Shown here piece by piece: positions 12,831 to 23,189 of a stretch of 64,000 nt of DNA. The position numbers and the translations under genes are program-made. The first letter of the stretch is position 1; each line of letters opens with the position of its first letter. The notes beneath the pieces were generated by a model. That model ran no database searches and was not told the DNA's origin. It was given only the letters and a program-made list of their open reading frames with translations. Source of the DNA: Mobula hypostoma (taxonomy: Eukaryota); NCBI RefSeq assembly GCF_963921235.1, contig NC_086097.1, positions 160,520,001 to 160,584,000 of the forward strand. Direction: 5' to 3'.

Positions 12831-12960
12831 AACGTCGACTGCACCTCTTCCTACAGAAGTCCTGATGAAGGGTCTCGGCCTTCAACGTCGACTGCACCTC
12901 TTCCTACAGAGTCCTGACGAAGGGTCTCGGCCTGAAACGTCGACTGCACCTCTTCCTGCA
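12831..12960 (+). repeat. Tandem 52-53 bp HHR-containing unit, about 2.5 copies
   Basis: aacgtcgactgcacctcttcct starts at 12831, 12884 and 12936. Confidence 0.95.
12910..12945 (+). ncRNA. Hammerhead ribozyme motif, core intact
   Basis: AGUC(12910-13) CUGACGA(12914-20) AGGGUCUCGGCCU GAAA(12934-37) CGUC GACU. Confidence 0.85.
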
Positions 12961-13146
12961 GATGCTGCCTGGCCTGCTGCGTTCACCAGCAACTTTGATG
13001 TGTGTTGCTTGAATTTCCAGCATCTGCAGAATTCCTGTTGTTTCAGATTAGTTACAATCTTATTAAAATGGTGAACTGGGCTCAAGAGACCTCTGCTATT
13101 TCTTATGTTACTAATTATTTAGTCCACCCTTAAAAATACAAACCAG

Positions 13147-13288
13147 CAGTGCCTGATGAAGGGTCTCAGCCCGAGATATCAACTGTTTACTTTTTTCTGT
13201 AGATGTTGCCTACCCTGCTGAGTTCCTACAGCATTTTGTGTGCATTGCTTGGATTTTCGCATCTGCAGATATTCTCTTGCTTGTGATT
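13147..13288 (+). mobile_element. Penelope pLTR tail fragment with decayed HHR (GAAA changed to GAGA)
   Basis: cctgatgaagggtctcagcccgagatatcaactg...ctgctgagttcctacagcattttgtgtg. Confidence 0.85.
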
Positions 13289-14204
13289 AGAATCCACGCT
13301 GAACAACACAAAAGAATATGAGCAGACTCATAATTTTTTGAAGTAACATCATTTCTCTTGATTGGATTTATGAGTTTTCATAATATGCAGTATCTCTTAA
13401 TTGTCTCTGTTGATCACCCCCTCATCCCATTCCTTCCTCTTCGGGAGCAGAGGCCAAGAAAGCTTGAAACACTGTAACATCTTGAAGCTTGGTATTCTAG
13501 CAGCCACACTAGTACAGTGATGCTTCTCTCAGTGAGAGACTGAGACACTGATCAAACAGATTGCTTTGAGCTGATTGATATTTATGAGAAAATATAAAAT
13601 GCATTCAAAATACTTTTCAGAACTGCTGACTCCCAATTTTAGCATGGTAGGTGGTTAACCTCATGCAGAGGAAATAGAAGAGGAAGGAGTGAAAAAGGCA
13701 TTCACCAACCCAATTTTTGTCAGTATTTCTGCTGTCAGATTAACCTGTCAGGAAGTTCAATTTTTTGCATTGTTAGATGGCAGAACAGTTTCTTAATATG
13801 CTGCCTGTCTTGTTATGAGAAAAAAATTTTCAGTGAACTATCACTGGTCTAACTTTATGCAGTATAAGCAAAAACAGATTTGAAGAATAAAACTTGAATC
13901 CGTAAGTGCTGAAATTCCTACAGCCCAACACTGCACTCAAGTGGTAGTCAGCCAACCCTTGTTACTATTTTAGTACTATACCCCCTTCTAGTGAATAATT
14001 AAAATTGTACAGACACAAATCATGATGGCTACAGAAAAACAAATCAGAACATGATTTTAACAGACATTTAGAATTTCAGTCTGCCAAATTAATTAACTTA
14101 TTTATAAAATAATATTTTTTCTTAAATCCAATTGGTATGTCAGAGCAGCAGTTATATGGAAAAGATGACAGTATTTTATACAGATTCCTTCGCAGCCCTC
14201 TCAA

Positions 14205-14452
14205 AAATTCCAGTCATTTGCAGCCAAAGATGTAATTTTGGATTATGATCGCTTTTATAATGTAGGTAATGCTGTGACCAATTTGAGCACCACAAGCCCC
14301 TGTATTGCCAGCTGTGAGATATTGCTACACAAATGATCTGTCTCATTTCCTTTGACAAAGAAGTGTCTACACTCCAAAATACTTCAGTGTGAGGGCTTTG
14401 TGACATTTGAAAGTGCCACAAATGGCACTTTAAAAGTGAAAGTCTTTCTTTC
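14205..14452. mobile_element. Deu-domain (SacSINE1-like) SINE remnants: minus piece ~14205-14345, plus-strand tail ~14375-14452
   Basis: tgcagccaaaga...taatgtaggtaatgctgtgaccaatttgagcaccacaag; tail aaagtctttctttc. Confidence 0.55.
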
Positions 14453-15652
14453 TATTTGGATTTTCTTACTCAGGTCAGGCTATTATACCCTGGTACCAAT
14501 ATTTCTAAATGTTTCAAGTGAGAGGTGAGTGGAATGCCTTGGGGAAATTCTGATCCATAAACCTGATTTGGGGAGCATGGCTGTACTGAAAAGGAAAATT
14601 TAGTTCATATTTCAATATAAAAAGCATTATACTTCTAGGTAAGTCCAGTAAATATAAATTTTTTAAAACCTTGAAAATAGATGCAGTATTATCTTGGCTT
14701 CACCATCCCCCTTTCATTCCATATTGGTGCTACAGTACATGAATGATCCTTAGAGATGTGAGAGGAAGTATATCTAGGAATGAAATAATCTTGTTTCACT
14801 TCAATTGTCAAATGAATAATGTAGTGACAAACTTATGGAATCTTATGTTTTGCCATACTCCATGGTAAGTCAAGACAAGATCAAATGTGGACACTCGATA
14901 CATGCTGGATTTTATAAATGTTATCCCTGGGATGGATTTTCATTTGCATTAATTACCAATCAGATGAAACTGAATAAACATTTTCAACTGTCTTCACCAC
15001 CAGCCATTAAGATTAGCATCCAAAAGGATTAATAGCAATTGCAATTATATAGGGCTAGTTATGAATTTCTGTAACAAATAATTACCTGTGTGTCAAATAA
15101 ATATACCATAATCATGAATGCAAATGGAAGATTGCATGGAAACAAGTTAAATGTACTGCTTAATTTGAACGATTAGGTTGCATATCTGATGATGCTAAGG
15201 ATTTATATATGATCCCCTAACATGAACAAGCATCAATGTTCGATTGACAATTGCTTGCAACCAGACTGCTGCTTGTTCTGCATAACAGAATGTGTAAGCA
15301 GAGAAGAGTGTAAAATTGTTCTCATTTATAATGTTTTCATTTACAATGTTAGTTTGTTGGGAAGCAAAAAAAAACCTGGATATTAAAATAGCAAAGAAGG
15401 TTCAGTTGTGGATGTAATACTTCAGTAATATTAGAGCAATATTATTAATATGTTGTTTGATTAAGCAAATTTTGTTGTTTACATCTTGCACTGCAGGTCA
15501 TATGTAGAAGTATGTGAATGGCATGCATAATTATGCTACTATGTCATATGTGCATGCCTCACATAAAGTAAAAAAACCTTAACTAAGACACACATTCCTG
15601 ACTCTGTTCTTGCTTTCAATTAATTCTATGTTTTGAAGTTACAAAATATAAC

Positions 15653-16878
15653 TGTCGTGGTCCGGTCCGTGTAGTTCACATACCGGTTCACGGTCCGATC
15701 CATCAATCCATATTCCAGGTTTTCATGTTTTCTCCATTTCTGTTGGGTGCTCTAATTGAGGCACATGATTCTTGTTTGGGCAGACACATACATACCTCCG
15801 GAGACCAGGTCTGCTGGATTGTTCCTGTCCAAACCCCCTGTCTGTATCCCTTCTCTGCCCCTTCCTCCTGAAGTCTTGCCCTGCAATCAGTGTCTGGAGC
15901 CTTGCCTTGCCTGCAACCTTTGCCTGCACTGCTGTCAAATTCAACTGCTGGAGCAAGATAAGGAACTGTCTATTGTTGTTTTGAACTGTCTCTGTGTCCA
16001 TGCCTTCACTAAGTAGGTCTGATTGTTTGCTGCTACCTAGTGTTGGGATTTGTCTCTGTGTCCACACCTTTGCTAGGTAGGTCTGGCTGTTTGCTGCTAC
16101 CTAGAGTTGGGAACCATCTCTGTGTCCATGCCTTTGCTAGGTAGGTCTGGCTGTTTGCCGCTACCTAGAGTGAAGAACTGTCTCAGTGTTCTGTGTACGA
16201 GTCCTGACCCTATGCCCTGCTCCCTAGGAAGGGTTCTGACTCTGTATAGCGCCCTGGCCCCAAGTCCTGTTCCCAAGGAGGGGTCCTGACTCTTGTGTTC
16301 CATGTCCCTGCACTCCTGTCGCCCCCCTCGACCAAGGCTCTGTGCTCCTGTCGCCCCCGCCGACCAAGGCTCTGCGTTCCTGTCGCGCCCCCCGCCGACC
16401 AAGGCTCTGCGTTCCTGTCGCGCCCCCCGCCGACCAAGGCTCTGCGTTCCTGTCGCGCCCCCCGCCGACCAAGGCTCTGCGTTCCTGTCGCGCCCCCCGC
16501 CGACCAAGGCTCTGCGTTCCTGTCGCGCCCCCCGCCGACCAAGGCTCTGCGCTCCTGTCGCGCCCCCCCGCCGACCAAGGCTCTGCGCTCCTGTCGCGCC
16601 CCCCCGCCGACCAAGGCTCTGCGCTCCTGTCGCGCCCCCCCGCCGACCAAGGCTCTGCGCTCCTGTCGCGCCCCCCCGCCGACCAAGGCTCTGCGCTCCT
16701 GTCGCGCCCCCCCGCCGACCAAGGCTCTGCGCTCCTGTCGCGCCCCCCGCCGACCAAGGCTCTGCGCTCCTGTCGCGCCCCCCGCCGACCAAGGCTCTGC
16801 GCTCCTGTCGCGCCCCCCGCCGACCAAGGCTCTGCGTTCCTGTCGCCTCCTCGACCAAGGCTCTGTGCTCCTGTCTCC
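15653..16878 (+). mobile_element. 3'-truncated LTR (tgtc..gtccggtccgtg family) with internal tandem arrays
   Basis: 5' end tgtcgtggtccggtccgtg matches the solo LTRs at 18186 and 40848; 64-bp unit x3 at ~15984-16183. Confidence 0.75.
16311..16875. repeat. GC/CpG-rich minisatellite, 35-36 bp unit, 16 copies
   Basis: Unit cgaccaaggctctgcg(t/c)tcctgtcgcgcccccc(c)gc; gaccaagg recurs 16 times from 16330 to 16853. Confidence 0.97.
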
Positions 16879-16879
16879 A

Positions 16880-17262
16880 CCAGGAATTCCTCCACTTCAC
16901 GATTCCACATTCCTGTTTCCCTCTCTCATCTTATCTCTTTATCTGCCCATCACCTCTTTCTGGTGCTCCTCTCCTTTTTCTTTCTTCCATGGCCTTCTGT
17001 CCTCCCTTATCAGGTCCTCCCTTCTCCAGCCCTGTATCTCTTTCACCAGTCAACTTCCCAGCTCTTTACTTCACCCCTCCCCCTTCCTGGTTTCACCTAT
17101 CACCTCCTGTTTCTTCCTCCCCTACTCCACCTTCTGACTTTGACTCCTCATCTTTTTTTCTCCTGTCCTAATGAAGGGTCTCAGCCCAAACCATCAACTA
17201 TACTCTTTTTCATACATGCTGCCTGGCCTGCTGAGTTACTCCAGCATTTTTTGAGAGTTGCT
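16880..17262 (+). mobile_element. Penelope 3' UTR/pLTR with decayed HHR
   Basis: Pyrimidine-rich UTR homologous to the reverse complement of 43790-44050; gtcctaatgaagggtctcagcccaaacc; gctgcctggcctgctgagtt. Confidence 0.85.
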
Positions 17263-18185
17263 TAATCTGCATGCTGTTGATGAAAAATCTGATAATGATG
17301 ATGATGGCAAAGGACTGAGTAGCCTTGAGATTCTCAATGTGAAAACTAACAATAGACAAGCAATATAGCTTGTGCCAAAGTAAATGGCAAATTAATTAAA
17401 ATGGAATTGGACACTGGTTCAGCTATTTCTGTCATCCACAATATGAACTTGAATGGCAATTCAAAGATATTTAACTGAAACCTACAGATATTCAACTCCT
17501 AATTTATACTGGAGAAAAGATAGCTCCTCTGGGAATGACTTTCGTAACAGTGAAATACAACAAACAACGAGCCACATTGGGATTATATGTGATAAAAGCA
17601 GAAGGGGATATGATTGGCTGATACAACTACAACTCGACAGTCCTTTTAATTTTGTCTCCATTGTGGAGATGTGATTGGCTTAGACAACTACAATTTGATG
17701 GTCTATTTAATTTTGTCCCCATTGCGGAGACGTGATTGTTGGAGACAATTACAGCTTGATTGTAAATCCATCCAACATTGGAATGCCACATCCTCTGCAC
17801 TGGAGTCACCTGAAAGCAAAATAAGAAATACACTGGATGATGCCACAGCAGTGTTCAAGGATGACATTGGAAAACACAAACATATAAAGGATAAAATAGT
17901 TTTAAATGAAAATGCCAAACTAAGTTTTGTAAAGCCCTTCTGGTTCCTTGTACCATCCATTATGAAGCAAGCAATAAGCTAGATCACATGGAAGCTGAAG
18001 AAATTCTTTCCAAGGTTGATAGGAGCTCATGGTTAATGCCAGTGGCCCCAGTAGCCAAGGAGAATGTGTCTGCCAGCTTCTGTAGTGATTTTAAGGTCAC
18101 GATCAACCCAGCACTCAAAGGAATTCAATACCCTCTGCCCAGATTAGAGAATATCTTTGCAAACCTTTCTGGAGGAAAACACTTC

Positions 18186-18763
18186 TGTCACAGTCCGGTC
18201 CGTGACTCCTCATTTCAGTTAATTTCCTTTTCCCTGTGTTATATGGGGCTCCTTGATTAGGGCACCTGATTTTCATCTGAACCAGCAGCATAAAGACTCC
18301 GGCTTACAACTCCTCGGTGCTGGTCCATCAATGCACGTTCCGGGCTGCCAAGAATAGTGGACTCTAAGTCACTTCGATGCCTGGGGTCGCTTTGTGAAAT
18401 CTGTCATTTTCGTGTCCAGCTGCGTTTAGCTGGCCGTTTGCCGCTACTCTGAGTCAAGGTACGAATTCTGTCATTTTCGTGGGCTACTGAGAATTGCTGG
18501 CCATTTGCCACTACTCCAAGCCAAGATACGAATTGACTGTCATTGTTTGGTTTTGTAGTCTCATGTCCAAGTTCGAGTCCCAGCTCCGTGTCCAGGTCCG
18601 AGTCCCAGCTCCTCCGGTTTGTTGTCCAACATTCATGTCCATATAAGCATCTAATCCTCGTTCTCCGGCCTTCCTGGCAACTATTAATAAAATACACTTC
18701 TGTTAATGCTACCTCCATGTCTGTGTCCTGCACTTGGGTCCACTCCTTTGCCCCCATGTAACA
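18186..18763 (+). mobile_element. Solo LTR inserted in the Gypsy RT
   Basis: TGTCACA...TGTAACA, perfect 5-bp TSD ACTTC, cataaaga TATA-like box, aataaa at 18687. Confidence 0.92.
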
Positions 18764-19496
18764 ACTTCAGGAAAGAGGACTGAGCTGAGACCTACCTACA
18801 GATGGAGATGGAAGAAGAGTCTGAAGTTTTTCTCACCATAAACACTCACAAAGGGCTTTATCGCTACAAGAGGCTTATTTTTGTAGTAACATTTGCACTT
18901 GCACTCTGGCGGAAAGCTAAGGAGCAGGTAGTGCAAGGCTGTCCGGGCACTCAATGCTATCTGGATGACATCATTGTTACCAGTTAGAATGAAAAGAAAC
19001 ATCTCCAAATTCTCAAGACAGTATTAGAAAGAGTAGAAAGTATAGACTCAGAGAGCACAATACAAAAAGCGTGAATTCTTTAAATGAAGCATCACTTACT
19101 GTGGTCACACCATTGACGCACAAGTCTTACACAACTGCGCTGAGAAAATTCAAGCAGTGGTGGATGCTCCAAGCTCAAAGGACATGTCATAGCTGCGGGC
19201 CTTTTTGGGATTTGTCAATTACTATAACAGGTTCCTACCAAACCTGACTCCTGGGAACCACTCATTACTACAGATAGGGAAAAAATGGTAAATGGACAAA
19301 GCAGTGTGAGGTGGCTAACTAAAGACAAAGGAAATGGTGACGTTAGACACTGTACTTACACATTTATGATCCTTATCATCCAGTGAAGCTTGCCTTTTTA
19401 TTATATGTGTAGTTATGTCACATGTTATTAGTGATGGAAATAAAGACCCCATAGTCTTTGCATTATGTTCCCTTTCCACTGCAGAGAAAACTTGTG

Positions 19497-20759
19497 CAGA
19501 CATCCCACCTCTCCCGGAAAATCCGGGAGTCTCCCGCATATCGATAGTGGCTCCCTGACGCCCGGAAATTATATACAATATCCCGGAAATAGATTTTTTT
19601 GAGAGGGAGAGCGAGCATCCCCAACCACCGGGCCATGAGGAAACAATATGACTTGGCGATATGAAATGATATGAGTCATTTGCAACTTTCCTCATTCCCT
19701 GTCACGCACTGTTGAACTTGAACGCACGCGAGGTCATTACGTGCACGTCATCCACGTCAGTGCGGGAAAAAGATCAACTCCTCCAGCTTGTATATGACGG
19801 CGGGCTGAAAAGTATGTTTGACATAACATCTCTGCCGGCATTCTGGATCAAAGTCAAGGCTAAATATCCTGAGATAGCCACGGAAGCACTGAAAATGTTG
19901 CTTCCATTTCCAACATCATATCGCTGCGAAGCGGAGTTTTCTGCAATGAATGCAACGAAAACTAAATTGCGGAATAGACTGGACATATGGAACCCCCTTC
20001 GAGTATCGCTGTCTCCCCTCACCCCTCAATGGAACTGTCTTGTTGCAGGAAAACAAGCCCAGGGCTCGCACTGATTCAGCGATATTGGTGTGTTGCAATG
20101 ATTTTATATGTTCATACGGGGAAAATATGTGGTGTGTTTAATATCCAAACATTACTTAAAATGTTATGATGCTATTGATTTATCACCTATATTCCGGTCA
20201 TGATTAACACCCACCCCCCACCCCAGTTGGCCGGTCCGCAAGAATATTGTCAATATTAAACCGGTCTGTGGTGCAAAAAATGTTGGGGACCCCTGCTAAG
20301 TAGACCTATCAGTTTTCTCTGTGGGCAGGCTTTACAGTCGACCTCAAAAATAATGACAGTGTTGCTCGCTGCACTGTTTGCAACAGTGACTTTTCCATTG
20401 CCCATGGTGGGTTAAAAAGTAAAAGACGTTGAGGTGAGTTTTAACAGGTGTCATTACAGCATAGCTAACGTTATTTAAACTAGCTGGCTAGCTGCTATGG
20501 AGCTACGCTATTGATGTCCTACATGATGAGGCCAAACTCCCTGTAGACTTGCTTAAAGTTGTAATAGAATAAACATGATAATATAAGTACATATTTTAAT
20601 GTCACATTTGCTGCATATACCCAACTTGGTTTACAGACTAGACAAAACCACTAAACAAAGTATTACATACACCCTTGGAGGTCGACTTGTGGGGGTGCTA
20701 CCTCCCTGAAATGGTGGTGGTACCTCCCTGAAATGAGTTTTTGCAGGGTGGGATGTTTG
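19497..20759. mobile_element. Non-autonomous TIR DNA transposon inserted in the Gypsy RNase H
   Basis: TIR cagacatcccacc / ggtgggatgtttg; flanking cttgtg/cttatg; removing it rejoins AEK.YAQNDREAL. Confidence 0.85.
19613..20295 (+). mobile_element. Nested non-autonomous Charlie/Buster hAT with C-terminal dimerisation-domain remnant
   Basis: ORF 19712-20074 FWIKVKAKYPEIATEALKMLLPFPTSYRCEAEFSAMNATKTKLRNRLD; right TIR gttggggacccctg, damaged left TIR tccccaacc. Confidence 0.88.
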
Positions 20760-23189
20760 CTTATGCACAAAATGACAGAGAGGCATTGAGTCTGGTTTTG
20801 GGTGTAAAACATTTCAACCAGTACTTGAATGGGAGAGAGTTTACCCTCATTACTGATCATCAACCACTACTGTACATTTTCAATCCACAGAAGAGTGTCC
20901 CACTAACAGCAGCAGCACAAATGCAGAGACGGGCTCTGTTTCTAGGACAGCACAGTTACAGGATCAAATTCAAGTGGACATGGAAATGCTGGTGGATTGT
21001 GCCATTTATCCTTGGAAAGGAAATACCTGAAAAATTTACAAAGGAAGACACTCCTCTCGATGTATTCTAGCTAATGCAAATGGAAAGTCTTCCTATTACG
21101 GCAGTGATGATCCAAAGGGAAGCCAGAAAAGGTCCCACACTGTCTCAGGTCTACATGGCGGCCCAAAATGGCTGGAATGTGCCCCAAAATCCCAGTTCCC
21201 TTATTTTTGATGGCAGCAGGTTGAACTTGTCATTGACAGAGCTTACTTTATGTAGGGACTAAGAGTCATTGTACCATCCAAACTGAGAGTTAACGTGTTG
21301 GAGAAGCTACATGCTAGTGAAAATGATACACTGGCTCAAAGCTTTGTTTAATGGACTGGAATAGTTCAGTTGATCGAGAGGCTTGGCATGCACTGTTTGG
21401 GATACCAACAGGTCCAGAAGATGCCAAGAGCACCACCTCTCCATCCCTGGGAATGGCCTGCATTGCCCTGGCAAAGATTCATGTGGATTTTTGCTGGTAG
21501 CAGTGGTTACAGGTACAAAGTGGCTAGAAATGATCCCAATAGCCTCCACTACAGCTTCACACACTGTTGATATGTTGAAAAGCCTTGGCTCAAGGACCGA
21601 TATTCCAGAATACTTAGTCAGTGACAATAGACCACAGATTGTTGTAGAACAATTTCAGTCATTACTGAAAATGAATGGAATACGACGTATTACATCAGCA
21701 CCTTCAGCAGTACACACTGCAGTAACACTAAATCAGAAACTCACCAATCTCTTCCGTGCGTATTACAATGCAGCACACTCGACAAACAACAACTCACCAG
21801 CTATTGTATGCTGTTTCAGGGTCGTCCCTTGCATTCATGATTGGATCACCTCAAACCCAATCTCAGAAGGAGTATGCAGGACAAATAGTTGAAACAAATT
21901 GAGGATCCTGAAACAAGAAGGTTCAATGTTTCAGCCATGGACAAGCAGTCCTAACAAGGGACTACAGAGGTGAGTAAAAGTGAGTACTTGGAAAAAATCA
22001 GGCCGATAACCATGGTATCATGAGGTCTAATGAATGTAGCAGAGAGCTGAACTGGTAGATATAAAACTAGTGCGGTGTGTGTGTGCATGTGTATTTGTAT
22101 AAGAGAACAGCCATTTTTTGCTGTAACTTGGTGAGCAGGGCCACCAGTTGCAAAGGGTGGTTACTAACTGTTCAGAATGCCACTGGGGTGCATGTATACC
22201 CGTTCAGAAGAACTGTATAGGAGCAGACGCATTTGTGAGTGTGTTTTTGTCCTTTAAGAATAAGTTAACCTTGGTATAACAATTTTAAATGCAAAAGAAG
22301 AGAATGGGCATTTTTAATTCAGATGTACATACAGTAAGTGGCAGATTGCAGAGAACCTACTCTGTGGTTGGAAGTGTTAACTGTTTCATTTTTATCTGTC
22401 ATTTATATTTTGTGTAGTATGGGAGTTAATGTGGAGATATTTCAGGGAGAGGTTTTTCCCAGATGTATCTGTCAGGATGGCACCTATTGAGGTCAGGCAA
22501 CATCAGGTTGAGAACACTGACGACCAGAGCAAGCCCTTGACCCTGATTACGAACATCCATAAGCCCTTCACTCCTGGGGAGAAGCAGAGCATTTTGTCAG
22601 AGCTGCCCTCACTTAAAGTCGCCTGCGGGAACGCAGAACTCTCGAACAAGCTAAAGGGAAGTATTGAAATTTATCAGATGCACCCCAAAGATATACATGT
22701 GTTGGTAAAAGTGAAATGCCCAAGGCATATGTGAGACAATATGACTGAGGGAATGCAGGATGGCACATGGGCAACTACCGAGAGTACAACCAATGAAAAG
22801 AGATATCAATCCTTTAAGGAGGCAGTGAGGCAGAGACTGGAGGCAGGTGAGAGTAACTTGTGAACAATAATGTCAGTGGTTTAGACAGCTGATGAGCCTG
22901 CCGTGGACTATGCAGACCATAAATACTGACTGTATGAGGAGTATTCGGTGTTGGATAATCCAGGGAGGGATGACCCAGTCTTCCTAAAAATGTAGTTGGA
23001 AGGCCTGAGCTCAGCCCACCAGTAAGTTTAAGATTTGGGGATAGCGGTAGGATCAACATACTCTGCAATAGTATCATGGGCTGGTGAGATAGACCAGAGC
23101 AGGAGGAGGAGAGGTCATAACGTGGCTGTAGTGGATGTAGCTGCTGCATTGTCACAGGAGACTTGGTATGTGAACCAGCATCAAGATTC

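Larger units (their letters stand above)
12321..13043 (-). mobile_element. Young Penelope-like element 3' end with inverted pLTR (fold-back)
   Basis: Minus-strand C-terminus LEEQHLIFRLGSLQPDGMNIDFSNFR* (~12832-12752); 134-bp inverted arms 12321-12454 and 12910-13043 with 4 mismatches. Confidence 0.9.

Noticed and set aside
12858..12894. Functional stand-alone hammerhead
   Set aside because: The essential GAAA is replaced by UCAA; it can only donate its cleavage strand to the next core.
12321..13043. DNA transposon or MITE with 134-bp TIRs
   Set aside because: The arms are Penelope pLTR sequence and the interior encodes the PLE C-terminus.
16311..16875. CRISPR-like periodicity (also 36419-36597 and 12831-12960)
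   Set aside because: Head-to-tail tandem units without unique spacers, no cas genes, and a eukaryotic context.
16097..17265. Six long overlapping ORFs (205-307 aa)
   Set aside because: An artefact of a stop-free GC-rich 35-bp minisatellite; the translations are periodic.
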